A stretch of DNA of 58,013 nt, filler included, from Catajapyx aquilonaris (lineage: Eukaryota): NCBI GenBank assembly GCA_000934665.2. It is 4 parts of 4 records of this genome, joined end to end, with 100 filler letters (N's around TTAATTAATTAA, not from the genome) between each part and the next. Parts side by side here need not be neighbours in the genome. Positions count along the whole stretch, not along the records: positions 1 to 14,421 come from JYFJ02007780.1; 3 more parts are not named here. The stretch is one strand, 5' to 3'. The notes under the pieces were generated by a model that was given only the letters and a program-made list of their open reading frames with translations, was not told the DNA's origin and searched no databases. Every line of letters starts with the position of its first letter. Position 1 is the first letter of the stretch. The position numbers and the translations under genes are program-made. Positions 1 to 12,444 of the stretch are shown here, piece by piece.

Positions 1-290
1 GTAGGGAGGTAGCGAACACAGGCAATCCCGTGACTACTACCGCTAGTAGGTATGGAAGTTGCAAATTCACCCATCATGTGACTACTACCGCCAGACGGTA
101 GGGAGGTAGCGAACACAGGCAATCACGTGACTACTACCGCGAGTAGGTATGGAAGTTGCTAATTCACCCATCACGTGACTACTACCGCAGACGGTAGGGA
201 GGTAGTGAACACAGCCAATCACGTGACTACCTAATGTGAATACGAACCGCTAGATGGTGTAGGAAGGCGCGAAATCACCCCTAACGTTAA
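1..290. repeat. Tandem repeat, ~97-bp unit (about 2.5 copies, then degenerating) built from GTGACTACTACCG sub-repeats
   Basis: GTAGGGAGGTAG(C/T)GAACACA recurs at 1, 98 and 194. It is followed by GTGAAGCTAATATAAAGCGTG and (TAA)n, probably the end of a non-autonomous repeat. Confidence 0.85.
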
Positions 291-654
291 TAACTACCGA
301 TAGATGGTGGGGCAATGGCGAAGAGAGGGGTGGACACACGAACACACAAACATCCGCTCACAGACAAGAAAGTGAAGCTAATATAAAGCGTGTAATAATA
401 ATAATAATAATAATAAAATGAAACTGCGCAGACGAAGATGCTTCGTGTCTCTCACTCACGCTCTCACGCTCTATCAAAAGTAATGCAATGAATACTCCGT
501 ATAAGGCCTACACATCATTCGACTGCTTTAATAAAACAAAACAAAAAAAAACATCCCTCCCCCAGTGTACAATGTGTAAAACAACTAAAAAAGTATGAAG
601 TGTAAAGATAAAGATGAGGTAAAGTGTATAAACCCTGTGTTAATAAAATATGTG

Positions 655-2978
655 TCAGCCCCTGTTTGTGCTGGAGAATCGGACGGTGAGGGAAGCAGGA
701 CTCGGAACTAGCGGAGGCGTGTCGGTGCTGCTTGAAGCTGTATCGCTTCCAGCGACAAACGAGGTCACCTGGACCAGGCTGACCTCACTGCGACGACTCT
801 TCTTCCGCCTCTTACCCTTCGACGACGAGGACTTCTCATTCGATGACAACGGACTGTCCCACGCGGCTGCTGAAGCAGTGTTCACCTCCTCCATCGGCAG
901 CCTCTTCTGGATCCGGTTCATGTCGAACCAGTACTGCTCCTCTCGATCAATTGCGGCTATGATCTTCTTCAGTTTGTCTCTCCTGCCCAGGAGAGACTTC
1001 GTCGGCTTCTTGATGGCCTGAAACTCCAGCTTCAGAGACTCGTTGGCGTAATGGATCTTCTTCAGCTCAAGGTTCATGCAGGGCCTGACCTTCTCCGCAA
1101 GTTCGGCAGCCCGAAGTTGGAGATCGCATTTTATCAGGCGCATGAGGTGCGGGCGCTCCCTGTTCGGAAACATATGTACCTAATAAAATATCGTATAATC
1201 CAATCCACTTACTTAATATATTACATATTAATTTTTACGAGAGTAACCGAATGCGCACCCTCACTCGCGCAGCTCCTCTGTTGTGACGACAACGTTGCCA
1301 GAATTACTCCCAAGGGACCAAATACTAATAAAAATTATTTATTAGTTATTAAATTATCGATTAATTAATAATTCTTTAAATGATATAAACTAGAGGATTA
1401 AATTATTGATTAAATTAAACTGTTGAAATTATTAATTAATCAGTATATTATTTAAAATATAATTATACGCCATTACAATATTTAAAATATTTATTAGATT
1501 AAACTACTTAAATTATATAAACTAGAGGATTAAATTATAGATTAGATTAAACTGTTGAAATTATTAATTAATCAGTATTATTTAAAATATATACACCATT
1601 AAAATATTTAAATTTATTCGATTAAACTATTTAAATAAATTAAGTCTATTAACTAAATTATTATTTAAAATATATTAGAGTATTAAAATTATTGATTAAA
1701 GCAATTATTAAAATTTTAATTAAAGTGTCAAAACTATTGAGTGCCGTATAATAAGTCACTGATGTTATTAATCAACTGAAAGTATTAAAATTACTCTATT
1801 AATCAACCGAAATTATTAAAATCACTGTATTAATCAACCGAAATTATTAAAATTACTGTATTAATCAACTGAAATTATTAAAACTGTTAATCAAATGAAA
1901 TTATTGAAATTATTACATAATATTCCTTCATTGCTGACTCCCCTCATATGGATATGTCGTGGTTGTTGTGTTGTTGTTGTATTAAATAAGCGGTCATAAT
2001 AATTCGATAACTTAATTAATAATTCTTAAAATTTACACTCGTAGCCCGTGGCTCGTTAGGAGCCTCGGCAACGTAGCAAACGTCGGCCATTTTGTTTCTC
2101 TCCAAGCGTAGCGTTGTAAATAAGTGCAGTGCTTATATCCCCCACTATAGACTATACAATTTATAATCCCAACCATGCAAACTGCGCGAACTGTGGTGCG
2201 CACTCGGTTGTGCACGTTTAAAAAAATCATTAGGTATAGGCCTGTAGTTGTCCTGGGTATATAAACCATCTATTGCTCACTCACTCTAGGTGCTGATGTT
2301 TGAGAGATCGAGCTTCAGCGTCGTGCTTCAATCGCAAAGCGTCCAACTCGTCTGTCAATTCGTCGACAAGCTCCAGCTGCTTTTGCTCAGTCTCCCTGCA
2401 ACGATTTCCGCCGTGGGAGAAAGGCGGGTCAGCAACAAATCAGCATAGTTTGAAACTCACTGGTACGTGGCAATTTCGCGAATCTTCATCTTGACGATCA
2501 TCAGTTGCGTCTTATTGTAGGCTAATTTGACGATCATATCACTCTGGCGGGCTTCCAGATCTGCCAGAGCGGTCTCCTTGTTCGTCTCAATCTCCCGTGT
2601 CTTCTCATTCTCCTCTCGCACAAGCCCATGCATCATTCCACCAGTGCGATTCTTAAAATCATTGAAGTACCTATCATCCGAAAGTAAATTATCAGACTTA
2701 CAATGGGCATATTGTGATGTCCCAGATATAAGCAGACCAACTTACACCTCCTTGTCCATTCGCGTTTGTTTAATCTTTTCCTCCAAAGAAGCGTTTTCTT
2801 CCGCCAGTAGCTTCATTAGTTCCCTGGCTTTTAACTCCTCATGGCCAAGCTCGGCAAGATCTTCCTCCATTTTGATGATTGTGGTTGCATAATCAGGAGG
2901 AGTATCAGAAGGAGTTCCCTCCTTACGCTTCCCTTTCTTCTTGCCCTTTCCTTTCTTCCCCTTGTTCGGCAGGGGCAT
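655..2978 (-). CDS. Coiled-coil protein, CCDC166/CCDC121 (DUF4515)-like, paralog A, ~352 aa
   Basis: Exons 2978-2746, 2670-2461, 2395-2285, 1159-655 with GT-AG phase-2 introns splice to a 1059-nt ORF. Lys/Gly-rich N-terminus (MPLPNKGKKGKGKKKG), heptad coiled coil, ...IHYANESLK...EEQYW. Family call is from recalled similarity. Confidence 0.75.
1380..1915. repeat. AT-rich intronic repeats (~130-bp tandem duplication and ~31-bp TTAATCAACCGAAATTATTAAAA units)
   Basis: TATAAACTAGAGGATTAAATTAT occurs at ~1385 and ~1516; 31-mer units run ~1768-1915; lies in intron 3 of paralog A. Confidence 0.75.
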
Positions 2979-3227
2979 CTTGCATCAAACCAATGAGATA
3001 TGTCGCCAAAAGTCAACAGGAACGTCCCTACCACACGCGACCACCACCAACAATGGAACCAGCTGTTTCCATAGAAGGTCGTTTGGCCAACCAACAACAA
3101 TGCTCTAAATGGCCATGGATATGCTTGTTTACCTTGCTGGTCATTCTTGCCTCGGGACTCTTGTTAGAGTGAGTGCAATTTTTTTTTCTCTTCTTCTTCT
3201 CATTAGTAATTAGTGTAAAAGTATAAT

Positions 3228-4835
3228 ATGCCGCGTAAGAATGGAAAGGGAAATGGCAAGGGGAATAAGAACGGTAGGAAGAAGTCGGATCCGGTGCAAA
3301 AATCCAACACAGCCTTGGTAAAAAGCTTGCAAATAAAGCTGCTGACCTTGAACAAAAAGTACCACGCCGTCACGTCACTGGTTGTCGGGACGATTGTGGA
3401 AAACGAATCTTTGGAGGAGCAGATCCTGAAGGCTAAAGAGGAGAGAAAAAAGTGAGTTGTCACAATAACCCAAATGCAATCTAGTTCCACCAACACCTCC
3501 AATGTTTGTGTGTTTGTTCCGCAATGTAAATCCAGGGGAATGCACGCACCTTATAGCATATACCAGGGGTTACCTTTTACGAGGAATTTAATGCTGCATG
3601 TTTCACGATATACTTCTACACAACATATTGCCTATAGGGCCAGTTTTAAGCAAAGCAAGAGTATGGATGAAGTTAGTGGAGTGCATTTCACTCTTACCTT
3701 GCGTATAGCTCTACCTCTTCCACAACAACAATCCTGGTATAAACGCCTGGTTACTTGCTGGGTTTAACGTAAAAACGCCTTTGGAAAAATGAAAATCGTA
3801 TTGGTTTCGTGAGCACCCAGGTCATTAATCTGGTGCTTCTACTCCCGGTTATAGGTACATCGATTACTCGAAGAAGTACGTCGACGGTATAAAAGCCCAA
3901 TTGGCAGGGTTGAAGGTGATTGGGGTAAGGAAGGTGAAGGAAACTGAGAGGAACAAGGAGGCCACGCTGACGAGGCTCAACAAGGCCCACAACAAATTAA
4001 TAGGGCAATGCAAGGACAAAGCGATGCAACGCCACATACTCAGCAAGAAGCTCGCTGATATGAGAACATACAAGTAGGTTTTACTGGGCATTTTTGCAAT
4101 CATTATTGTGAAACATTCGCTACACTTTGGCGTACAATACATTGCAGGGACACAGAGCAGAAGCAAAGAGAGAGCCTTGAGGAGATGACTGTAGGCCTGG
4201 AAGCCTTGATGAAACAGCACCAATCAGAAGCTCAAGACTTCATAAGGGGACTACTACGGTTGAGTGCTTTTCCTTGATCATTACACGTAGTGTGCTTTGC
4301 TGGCCTCCTAACCACCTGGTCTTACAGAGAGCGCAAGTCCTGGTACCGCATGATAAGACTCGACCAAATTGCTTTGAGCAAAGAGGCGGATAAGACGACC
4401 AAGCCAATGCTGGACAGGGAGCTGCAGAGGATCCATGACGGCAACCCAGGTCTGAAGGCGCAGCTGCTGGAAGTGTCGAGGAAGAGGGTGTCGATGGAGG
4501 GCATGAAGGACCAGTTGGCCAAGCTGATGATATCTCTGGACCTAGAGGAGCAGTACTGGTCAGACCTGAAAGCAATACACTACAGGCGTCCCTTCCATAA
4601 AGTGGCCAACGTTCCCTCGGAGTCCATCAGTTTCACCAGATCCCACGAGGATCAGTCGAAGAGTGACAAATCAGCTTCTCCGATGACAGTGACGGCAGCG
4701 TCGAGAAGGAACAGAGATTTCCTGGGCTCTATGAATCATGTCCCCATGTCATTTGCGGCGATTCTTCTGATGAACTCCAACATCTTACGGTCGAGAGAAG
4801 ACGAGTCCGACTCCTGCGACTCGCACACCATTTGA
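3228..4835 (+). CDS. Coiled-coil protein, CCDC166/CCDC121 (DUF4515)-like, paralog B, ~353 aa
   Basis: Exons 3228-3451, 3855-4073, 4148-4258, 4328-4835 (1062 nt, all phase-2 introns). Aligns exon-by-exon with paralog A (ENESLEEQI/ENASLEEKI, NKE, TEQKQ, EEQYW). Confidence 0.75.
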
Positions 4836-5289
4836 CTGGAATTTGCCTGGATGTCCAATGATAGTAGGCTATATATTTCAATAAAACTGTAAATAAGGAA
4901 AAAAAAACCCAGCAACTTATTCACACACAAACCATGGTTTGCATGAAACTGGCAGATCTCAATTTAGTCTATTGTTGTTCAAAATGTGAGAATTAGAGGG
5001 AATCAGGCAACCGTGCTTCTTTAATTATTTTTTAAATTGTTCTTATGGGGCATATTTCACCTCCCCTATACGAGTACATGTGTGAAAGAGTATAACACAG
5101 TTGCATAAGTTAAATGGTAGGGTATCACAACCAAAGGCACTTTTTAAAAAAAATGGAAATTCCTACCATCACACTTACTGTCAGTATCCTACATTAACAA
5201 TACGAAAACGGTGTTACATTTTGTAGCTGTACAGTACATTTGCAGTAAATTCTCTCAAACATAAAATTTAATTGCACAATAATGGTTAC

Positions 5290-6740
5290 CCAGCCCAGAT
5301 CCTACTTATGGAAGAAACTATAGAAAGGTTGGGACTATCAGGGAGATTTATAGCAGTAATAATTTATTGACCTTTATAATGAAGCAAATATTCAAAAAAT
5401 TGCCAGTGAGAAAATAGAGTTGGGGATCCCGATACAAAAAGGAGTACTCCAAGGCGACCCACTCTCGCCAATCTTATTCTTGATATATCTACATGATTTT
5501 ATTGCCTGGCTAACAAGTCATAATACGGACGGTATCCAATGGCAGGGAGATGAAAGTGACGTCAAAGCATTAATTTTTGCTGATGATATCGTGCTGCTAG
5601 CTGATAATAAATTATACTTACAGAAGCTATTGAATTATACAGGAGAATACTTGAGGGAAAATGGACGGATTATTAACATTCCTAAAACAAAAATAATTAT
5701 ATTTAGAAAGGGAGGACATCTCGCATGTACTGATACCTTAACTTTCGAGGGTTCCCCCTTAGAAATTGTCTCACCATATACCTACTTAGGCATAAAATTT
5801 TCCTCATCAGGCCTTTTCAATAATGCACTATCTGATAGACTAAACAAAGCGACGGTGACACTAAATGCTTCATGGCCAACATTAATTCAGGTGAAACTTC
5901 CGTCATTAATAACGACACTAAAATATATTGCCGCTACGGCACTAGCTACAGCTATGTATGCCGCTCCAATTTGGTCCACTGAAGGTCAAAATTATTCTGC
6001 TTGCATTGAAATACCTACGAAGAGTCGATAAAATGGAGCCACATAGACTTCCCAATAGAGCTATGAAATTTTTAAAGAATCAAGTAAATGCTCCTCTAAG
6101 GTTTAACTGGTATAATCAATTAGATAAATTGCTGAACGAGTATGGACAATCGATTGAAAATTTCACAGGAAAAAATGACGAAAATTGGTTAAGGAATTAC
6201 GCGGTACTAACACAAACAATGCTAGACACGACGAAAGATATCGAGTGTCTCTCGAGGTCTGCCTCCAACGAAATGAAATTGGTGTATTACGATCAACATA
6301 CTTTCCAGCGGACTACGTCAGAGCCTACACAAATTTAAATCTGAGTATAATGCTGGCATGTTTAAGATTTAACTCCAACTGGATCCCATTAGGGGACAAA
6401 AACTGTATCCAAATTAACCCAGAGGAAAATTGTGACTTGTGTAACCTAAAGAAGGCGAATGACTGGGTTCACATACTGAGTGAATGCCCCATATTCGAAG
6501 GGGGAAGGTACAAGCTACAAAAAGTTATCCCTGTAATACAAAGTGAAAATATCTGGCATATCCTCCACGAACCATCCATAGAACAACGGAAGGCGATCTA
6601 CCTATTTTTGCTGTATGTATAGCCAAATGGCATAGAAACATCTTGTAATACCAACTGTGTATGATTACGAAAAAGAGTGGAGTCCCTCCCTAGGCTTATA
6701 TAGGGAGGTTAAAATAAAATTGATAGATAGATAGATTGAT
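5290..6740 (+). mobile_element. 5'-truncated, frameshifted non-LTR retrotransposon (LINE): RT, C-terminal CCHC motif, 3' UTR and (TAGA)n tail
   Basis: RT motifs GVLQGDPLSPILF, FADD, YLGIKF; reading continues over ORFs 5420-6031, 5958-6338 and 6185-6622; CDLC..H...C knuckle; AATAAA then GATAGATAGATAG. 5' boundary approximate. Confidence 0.9.
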
Positions 6741-6923
6741 AACCTAATTAGAATAACAACAAGGTGTAAATCAATGGGTTGGAGAGCAATTTACAATATT
6801 ATTCATTCCAATGAATTCCAATAATTAATTCATTTTGCTTCATGTAATGCTCACACTCTAGTGTTGAAAATATTTTCTTACAAACATTGAAGAAAAAATA
6901 AACAACTTATTTCAATCTGCTAA

Positions 6924-9236
6924 TTATAAGTTTCTCGTCCTGGGCCTCCCTCGTGGGCGCTTCTCACTTACCGGTACCTGACAAATGTTCTGCCTCAGGG
7001 GCACTTTCCTCTTCCTTACAAAGGTGGCCACTTCCGTATGGTCATTTATCTCGGCCAATTTCTCTGGGGTGTGACCTTTGATTGTTGTGGCCTCCACGTC
7101 AGCCCCTCTCTCCATATAAGCAATCTTACCACATCCTCATGGCCATGGTAAGCAGCCAGATGCAAAGGAGTCTTTCCACCTGCATCGGTGGCCTCCAACG
7201 GAGCACCTTTCTCCAAAAGCAACTGTACCATGTCCTTGAGGCCCTCGTGAACAGCCAGATGAAGCGAGGTCTCGCCATCTTTATTGGCGGCCTCCAGCTG
7301 CTGCTGGGCACCCTTCTTCAGTAGCAGCAGCGCTACATCCATGTGACTGTGAGACGCAGCAAGATGAAGAGGGGTCTCACCATCATTGTTGGTCGCTTCC
7401 AACCTGGCTTTTTTCTTCAGAAGCTCTTGGACCATACCCTTGTGGTTGTGGTAAACTGCGAGATGAAGAGCAGTTTCACCATCTTTATTGGTGGCCTCCA
7501 GCTGCGCACCATTGTCCAGAAGCATCTTGGCCATTTTCCAGCAGCCAGTCTTGGCTGCCAAGTGTATAGCCTGGACCTCGTAGTCGTAGACACATCTTAT
7601 CTCGTAGACAGATCTGGTCAGCTGGTCGTCACATCTGGCCTCGATGTGTGCACCTTGACTGAGTAAAAACTTAGCGACGTTTACATGGCCGCCACTGACT
7701 GCGCAGTGAAGAGGAGTCATCTTGTGAAACCCGGGATCATTTCTGGTGGCACCAACTACACTGAGAAGGAATCTCACCACCTCCTCATGTCCATTCTATG
7801 CTGCCCAGTGAATGGCCTGGTCTAGGTTTTCATCACGAGCCGACACACTAGCCTTGTTCTTAATCAGCGTAGTGCACGTCTTCACGTGCCCATTTTGAGC
7901 AGCCCTGGAATAAACCAAGATAATGACATAAACCATGATAATGCAACGTTGAATAGCAGCAATTCACCTGTGAAGAGGTGAAGCCATGGTTCTATTGTCC
8001 GTCACGTCGACGTCGCAACCATTCTTCAAAAGGTACCGGACCACATTGACGTGTCCCCTGTGTGCAGCCTTATGAATGCAGGTTTCCCCAAAAGCATCTT
8101 CTGCGGTCAAAACAGCCTCCATCCCATGCTTCTCTGCAAATTCCTTGAGGACATCCACATAACCTTCTAAAGCAGCCTCTATCATGCCCTGAGTGAAGAC
8201 CAACAGTCGCATGTTACATAATTATGTTTCACAGTGTACACAAAAGCATACTCACATCAGTTACTTCTTTACTAAGCAGTGCGGTTTCAGGAACTTCCTC
8301 ATTATTGGAGTTGTCGTGTGCCTGTTGATTATGATATTTAAAATTAAAATGATGACAACTGCTTAGTAGCATAACCACGACAAGGTATCAAAATTAGGCA
8401 GCCAGTAGACTGATAAAAATCATGCACAAAATCATCGTTTCATTTATAGTGATGTTTGATCCCTATATTGACTCACCTCAACTGTTCCTTCGCCATTAGG
8501 CGAGGCGGCATCGTGAGTGTTGCTTTCTTCTACTTCTTCTTCGATACAAATCGGTATGTGCACAAGGCCCTGTAAGATATGTAATATTAGTGGTAAATCG
8601 TATCAAGGTCACATTTCCTCATGATGTATTCCAGTCACAGCATTCCATATACTCACAGGAATGAAGACAGATTCTGGCCTCTCATTTCTAGGTGTTGGTG
8701 TCTTGCAGCCATGGAAGTTACCAGTGTCACTTGTTTCTCCTGCACTCATGTGAAGCTGGATGATTGTCACCACTTCCGGATGGTTGTTCATCTCTGCCAA
8801 ATCCAGTGTTGTCTTCCTGCCTTGGTCCTTGGCTCCTGTGTCTGCCCCATAGGAAATCAGAAGCCTCACTGCCTTTTCATGCCCAAGTCTGGCAGCATGG
8901 TGAAGCGGAGTACGGTCAAACATAGAACTTGACAGGTTGACGTCCAGGTCTTCAAAGTTCTCCTTGAGAATCTCCAGCACCCGCTCATGTCCCCCCATGG
9001 CTGCCCTGTGGACGCAGTTCTCCTGGAACACGTCCAGGATATCCAGCACTTGTCGACCTCTGCTGCTTATCAGCTCCTTCACCTTCCTTATGTCACCACA
9101 CTGGAAGGTACTTAGGATGTCCTCACAAGTCTGGAAAATCAAGCACATGTCACCATTGCATGTCCATGATCTTATGTTGTAATGACATTAGATCTTATAC
9201 CGGTACCTTCTGAGATATTCCTGCTGCCCTGGACAT
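6924..9236 (-). CDS. Ankyrin-repeat protein (~620 aa if the 2-nt frameshift at ~7116 is corrected), with a C-terminal AT-hook-like motif
   Basis: Exons 9236-9207 (or 9201), 9130-8657, 8569-8477, 8321-8256, 8188-7968, 7904-6924; CAAC-ATG start; many TPLHLAA..GH...V..LL..GA repeats. Confidence 0.85.
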
Positions 9237-9604
9237 GTTGGAAATTCTTCGGTGTTGGAATATGTGCACTTAGACGAGGCTGTACAGCAATGCTACAAAG
9301 AAAGAGAAGATAATAATTAACCAACATTGGCAGAAAAGGAGACAAATCACTAAAAAATAATTTATTAAACACAGAGGCAAAGGTCACTACTTTTTCTGTG
9401 CAAGTGTAACTGGGTGAGGGTTTGGTTGAAGCGAGTTGAAGCTTGTGTAACCTTAGTGCGCATCTTAACTAATTTGTTAAATGCAATTATTTCTGGTTAG
9501 CGTTGCTATAAAAATCTCTTACCATATAATCCTCAAGTTCTGCTTTTTCATACACTAGTACTGTAGGGCTACATTACACGTACCGCCAGCTAGGAGAATA
9601 CCAC

Positions 9605-10265
9605 AGTATTGTTAAAGTTAATTAGGCAGTTAACAACTTAAATAAATACAAAATACGATTATGCCTTGGAGAGTGAATTTCTGTAGGGCCTGGTAAAAAT
9701 TGCTGCCACTACGTTTATTCCTTACTTACTGGGATGTAAATGTTGATAATTGACCTCACTGTCAGTGGCCCCACGAACGCAAAGACTGTATTGAAAAATT
9801 ACTGTAATTACAAAAAACCTACCACGGAATTTAAAAAATATTTGTGGCTAGTTTATTTTTACAGAAATTGGTACACTTTGCTGTGACACATGTAACGGTG
9901 TAATTTATTAATAAATTAAAATGTGACAGTATTATTTATTTAAAACTCAGTCCAATATGGTATAGTCCTACGATAAAAAAATTCAATTGAATTAATGTGA
10001 AATGGCTGTAAAAATTCCTTAATTCAAAAATGCAAAGAGATATCATATCTGAAAGCCATAATGTTTTTGAAATTCCGTGGGACATTTGATGTAATTAATT
10101 TTAATACGGTTTTTGGGTTTGTGTGGCCCTGAGTTTCATTATTAAAATACGTTTCTCTAAGGTAAGTAAGAAATAAACGTCTTTACCAGACCCCAGAGAA
10201 ACTCACTGTTCAAGGTATAATCGTATGTATTTCAATTGTTAATAACTGTCAAATTAACTTTAACT
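9605..10265. mobile_element. Old MITE/foldback with long diverged terminal inverted repeats
   Basis: ~9607-9850 is an imperfect reverse complement of ~10000-10265 (GTTAAAGTTAATT/AATTAACTTTAAC, CCACGGAATTT/AAATTCCGTGG). Confidence 0.65.
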
Positions 10266-12157
10266 TGAGTATCATCCTAGAACTATTATTACTATTTATA
10301 ATTATCCATTCTAAAGTCTAGATAATCGCAATGGAAATATTTTATCACATATTGTTTATTAAAGGGCTGTTTACACTAGAGAACTTGTCAAATAACAAGT
10401 TGCACAACTAGTTGCGTGCTATTTTTTTGCGTTTTTTGTTTGTTTGTTTGGTTGTTTGTTTTTGCGCCAGATCCAAATGCCCAATAATTCCCAGGGGTAG
10501 TTAGATACTAATTATTATAGCAGTTGCTATGTAATAATTGAGCACCTGGATCGAGACGCAAAATGCTCCACAAAACTTACATCAGGCTATATATTGCTAT
10601 AGCTATTTAAAAAAAAAAAACAATATCTCGTCACTGTACTTGGAACACACTGTATAATTACATATACGTACACCTGGTTTTGGCTGTACACAAAACAGTT
10701 ATTTTGAAAAGGTTATTTACGCATTAGTGGTGGCAAAACTTGAACTAAATCAACACTCGTATAAGCAATGAAAGTTACACAGTCAGTGTCATATGCGTAA
10801 AATGATTTATGCACTTTGTTGCAAAATCCGACAAGTCAATCTATAGTTTTTGATTAAAACCGCTAATATGCTAGTCAGGAGTAACGTGCACCCATTTTCT
10901 TCCGAAGGTTTTTCAGTATTATTTTAAATTTGAGTTCACACATGCTGGACTTTAATATTTTCTTTTTTTTATATATGAAACAAATTGCGCTAATAATAAT
11001 ACAGTATGATCAAGAGCTAATTTAACTGAGAGCATGTGACAAGTCCTTTGCCGTGACTACACCTCTGAACTCGTAGTGAATTGTAGCGATTAGTTTCCCT
11101 CTGGCGCGACTAGGCCGAACCATGAAGGGAACCTTCGTCCCTCCCACAGAGGCGTGTCTACTTCAGGGGGTCAACTCTTTCTGTTCCTCACTTATCACCT
11201 TGGGTTAGGATGGGTGCGAAGAAAGGCTCCTGGACTATGACCCCCCTGCCCAGACTGGTAGACCCATGAGGAGCCTTGAGTGAACCATGCTTCAAGGCTC
11301 CATGGGCCCATGTGCTACCCTGGAGCAATGAAGGCGGAGAGGAGGGGAGCTTGACGCCTAAGATAAGCCCCGGGGTCTCACAACTGTCCATTGTAGGACC
11401 CTGTCACTCGGCAAATATCGAACCTGGCCTCTCTGGGCCATAACAGGGCGGCGAAAATGTTTTCCGACGACATAGTCTACCAGTAGGTGAATGGCAAAGG
11501 CACTTATGGAAAGGAGGCGACTACATGAAGATGAAAACACCAAGGAAAACACTATGCAACACGATATTTATCCGTGGAAATTAATTGCTATTTCCATATT
11601 CCTTATAGGTCATTCGTAACTTATTCTGGGCATTCATTTTGTCTTTGATTTGTTTTTGACCTCGGGGCAGTAAAAAACCAAAGTCCTCAAATATAGCATG
11701 TTTTTTTCCCAATCAAGTGGACCTAAATGTTGCTAGATCCATCTCGGATTTTTCTGAAAATAATCACAGCTGTACACACCTATGACTTAACACTGCATGT
11801 CACGTTTCAGCCATCCGTGGGGAGGAAAAAAATCACGAAAATTTTGAAAATGAGACCTTTTTTAGATACTTTATTTTCGGTTATTGGAAGTGGTCATATC
11901 CTGAAGAAGCCTTGTTTAAGAGTCTTAAATGAGGACGTAAAGTTGTGGACTGAATCATGAGTGGAAGAGGCGAGTTTTATTTGGATCATAGTGAACCTGT
12001 AAATCATTGTGCATACCGTCAAAGGTGTATCACAGTATTCACAGATATTTCCCCTCAAAATACAGTCCTTTCCCGAAAGTTTAACTTCTTAGGCTTAGGC
12101 TTCTCAAGCTTAAACTTACGGTTGGCTTTGGCTTTTGTTTACTTTATCTTTTAAAAG

Positions 12158-12444
12158 GGGAGGCGAAGTGGCGCTGCGGTAACGTATGCGCCCACGGATG
12201 TTAAGGTCCCGGGTTCGATTCCAGCCCGGGGACACCCCCTTCATCTCGTGCAGAGTTCATTGGGTCACCTCTGGCTTCGTCTCGGGTGGTATTTCCTACA
12301 GACTAAACCACCCGGGGGAGTTTACTAAAAATGGCCACATAATGACATTGCACTGCACCTTGCACATCCCCTCCTGTAGTCACCCTGCCCGTGGGCCCGG
12401 GCGTTACGTATAAAGGCTCCGATGTACACGACAAAATAAATAAA
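12158..12444 (+). mobile_element. tRNA-derived SINE, family A
   Basis: A box TGGCGCTGCGG, B box GGTTCGATTCC, shared core ...CCACCCGGGGGAGTTTAC...TGCACATCCCCTCC, A-rich tail; three other copies in the window. Confidence 0.85.

Noticed and set aside
1..290. CRISPR-like repeat-spacer array
   Set aside because: The intervening sequences repeat too, the context is eukaryotic, and there are no cas genes.
650..1021. Plus-strand 123-aa ORF and other antisense ORFs over real exons (e.g. 27652-28284, 34285-34662)
   Set aside because: Shadows of coding sequence on the opposite strand.
11100..11560. HDV-like ribozyme or retroelement leader in a GC-rich patch
   Set aside because: A P1/P3-like pairing can be drawn, but the G needed for P1.1 and a convincing P2 are missing; probably an unclassified repeat.
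12158..12235. Functional tRNA genes at SINE heads (also 19556, 46693)
   Set aside because: No proper cloverleaf; they run into SINE cores with tails and, in several copies, TSDs.
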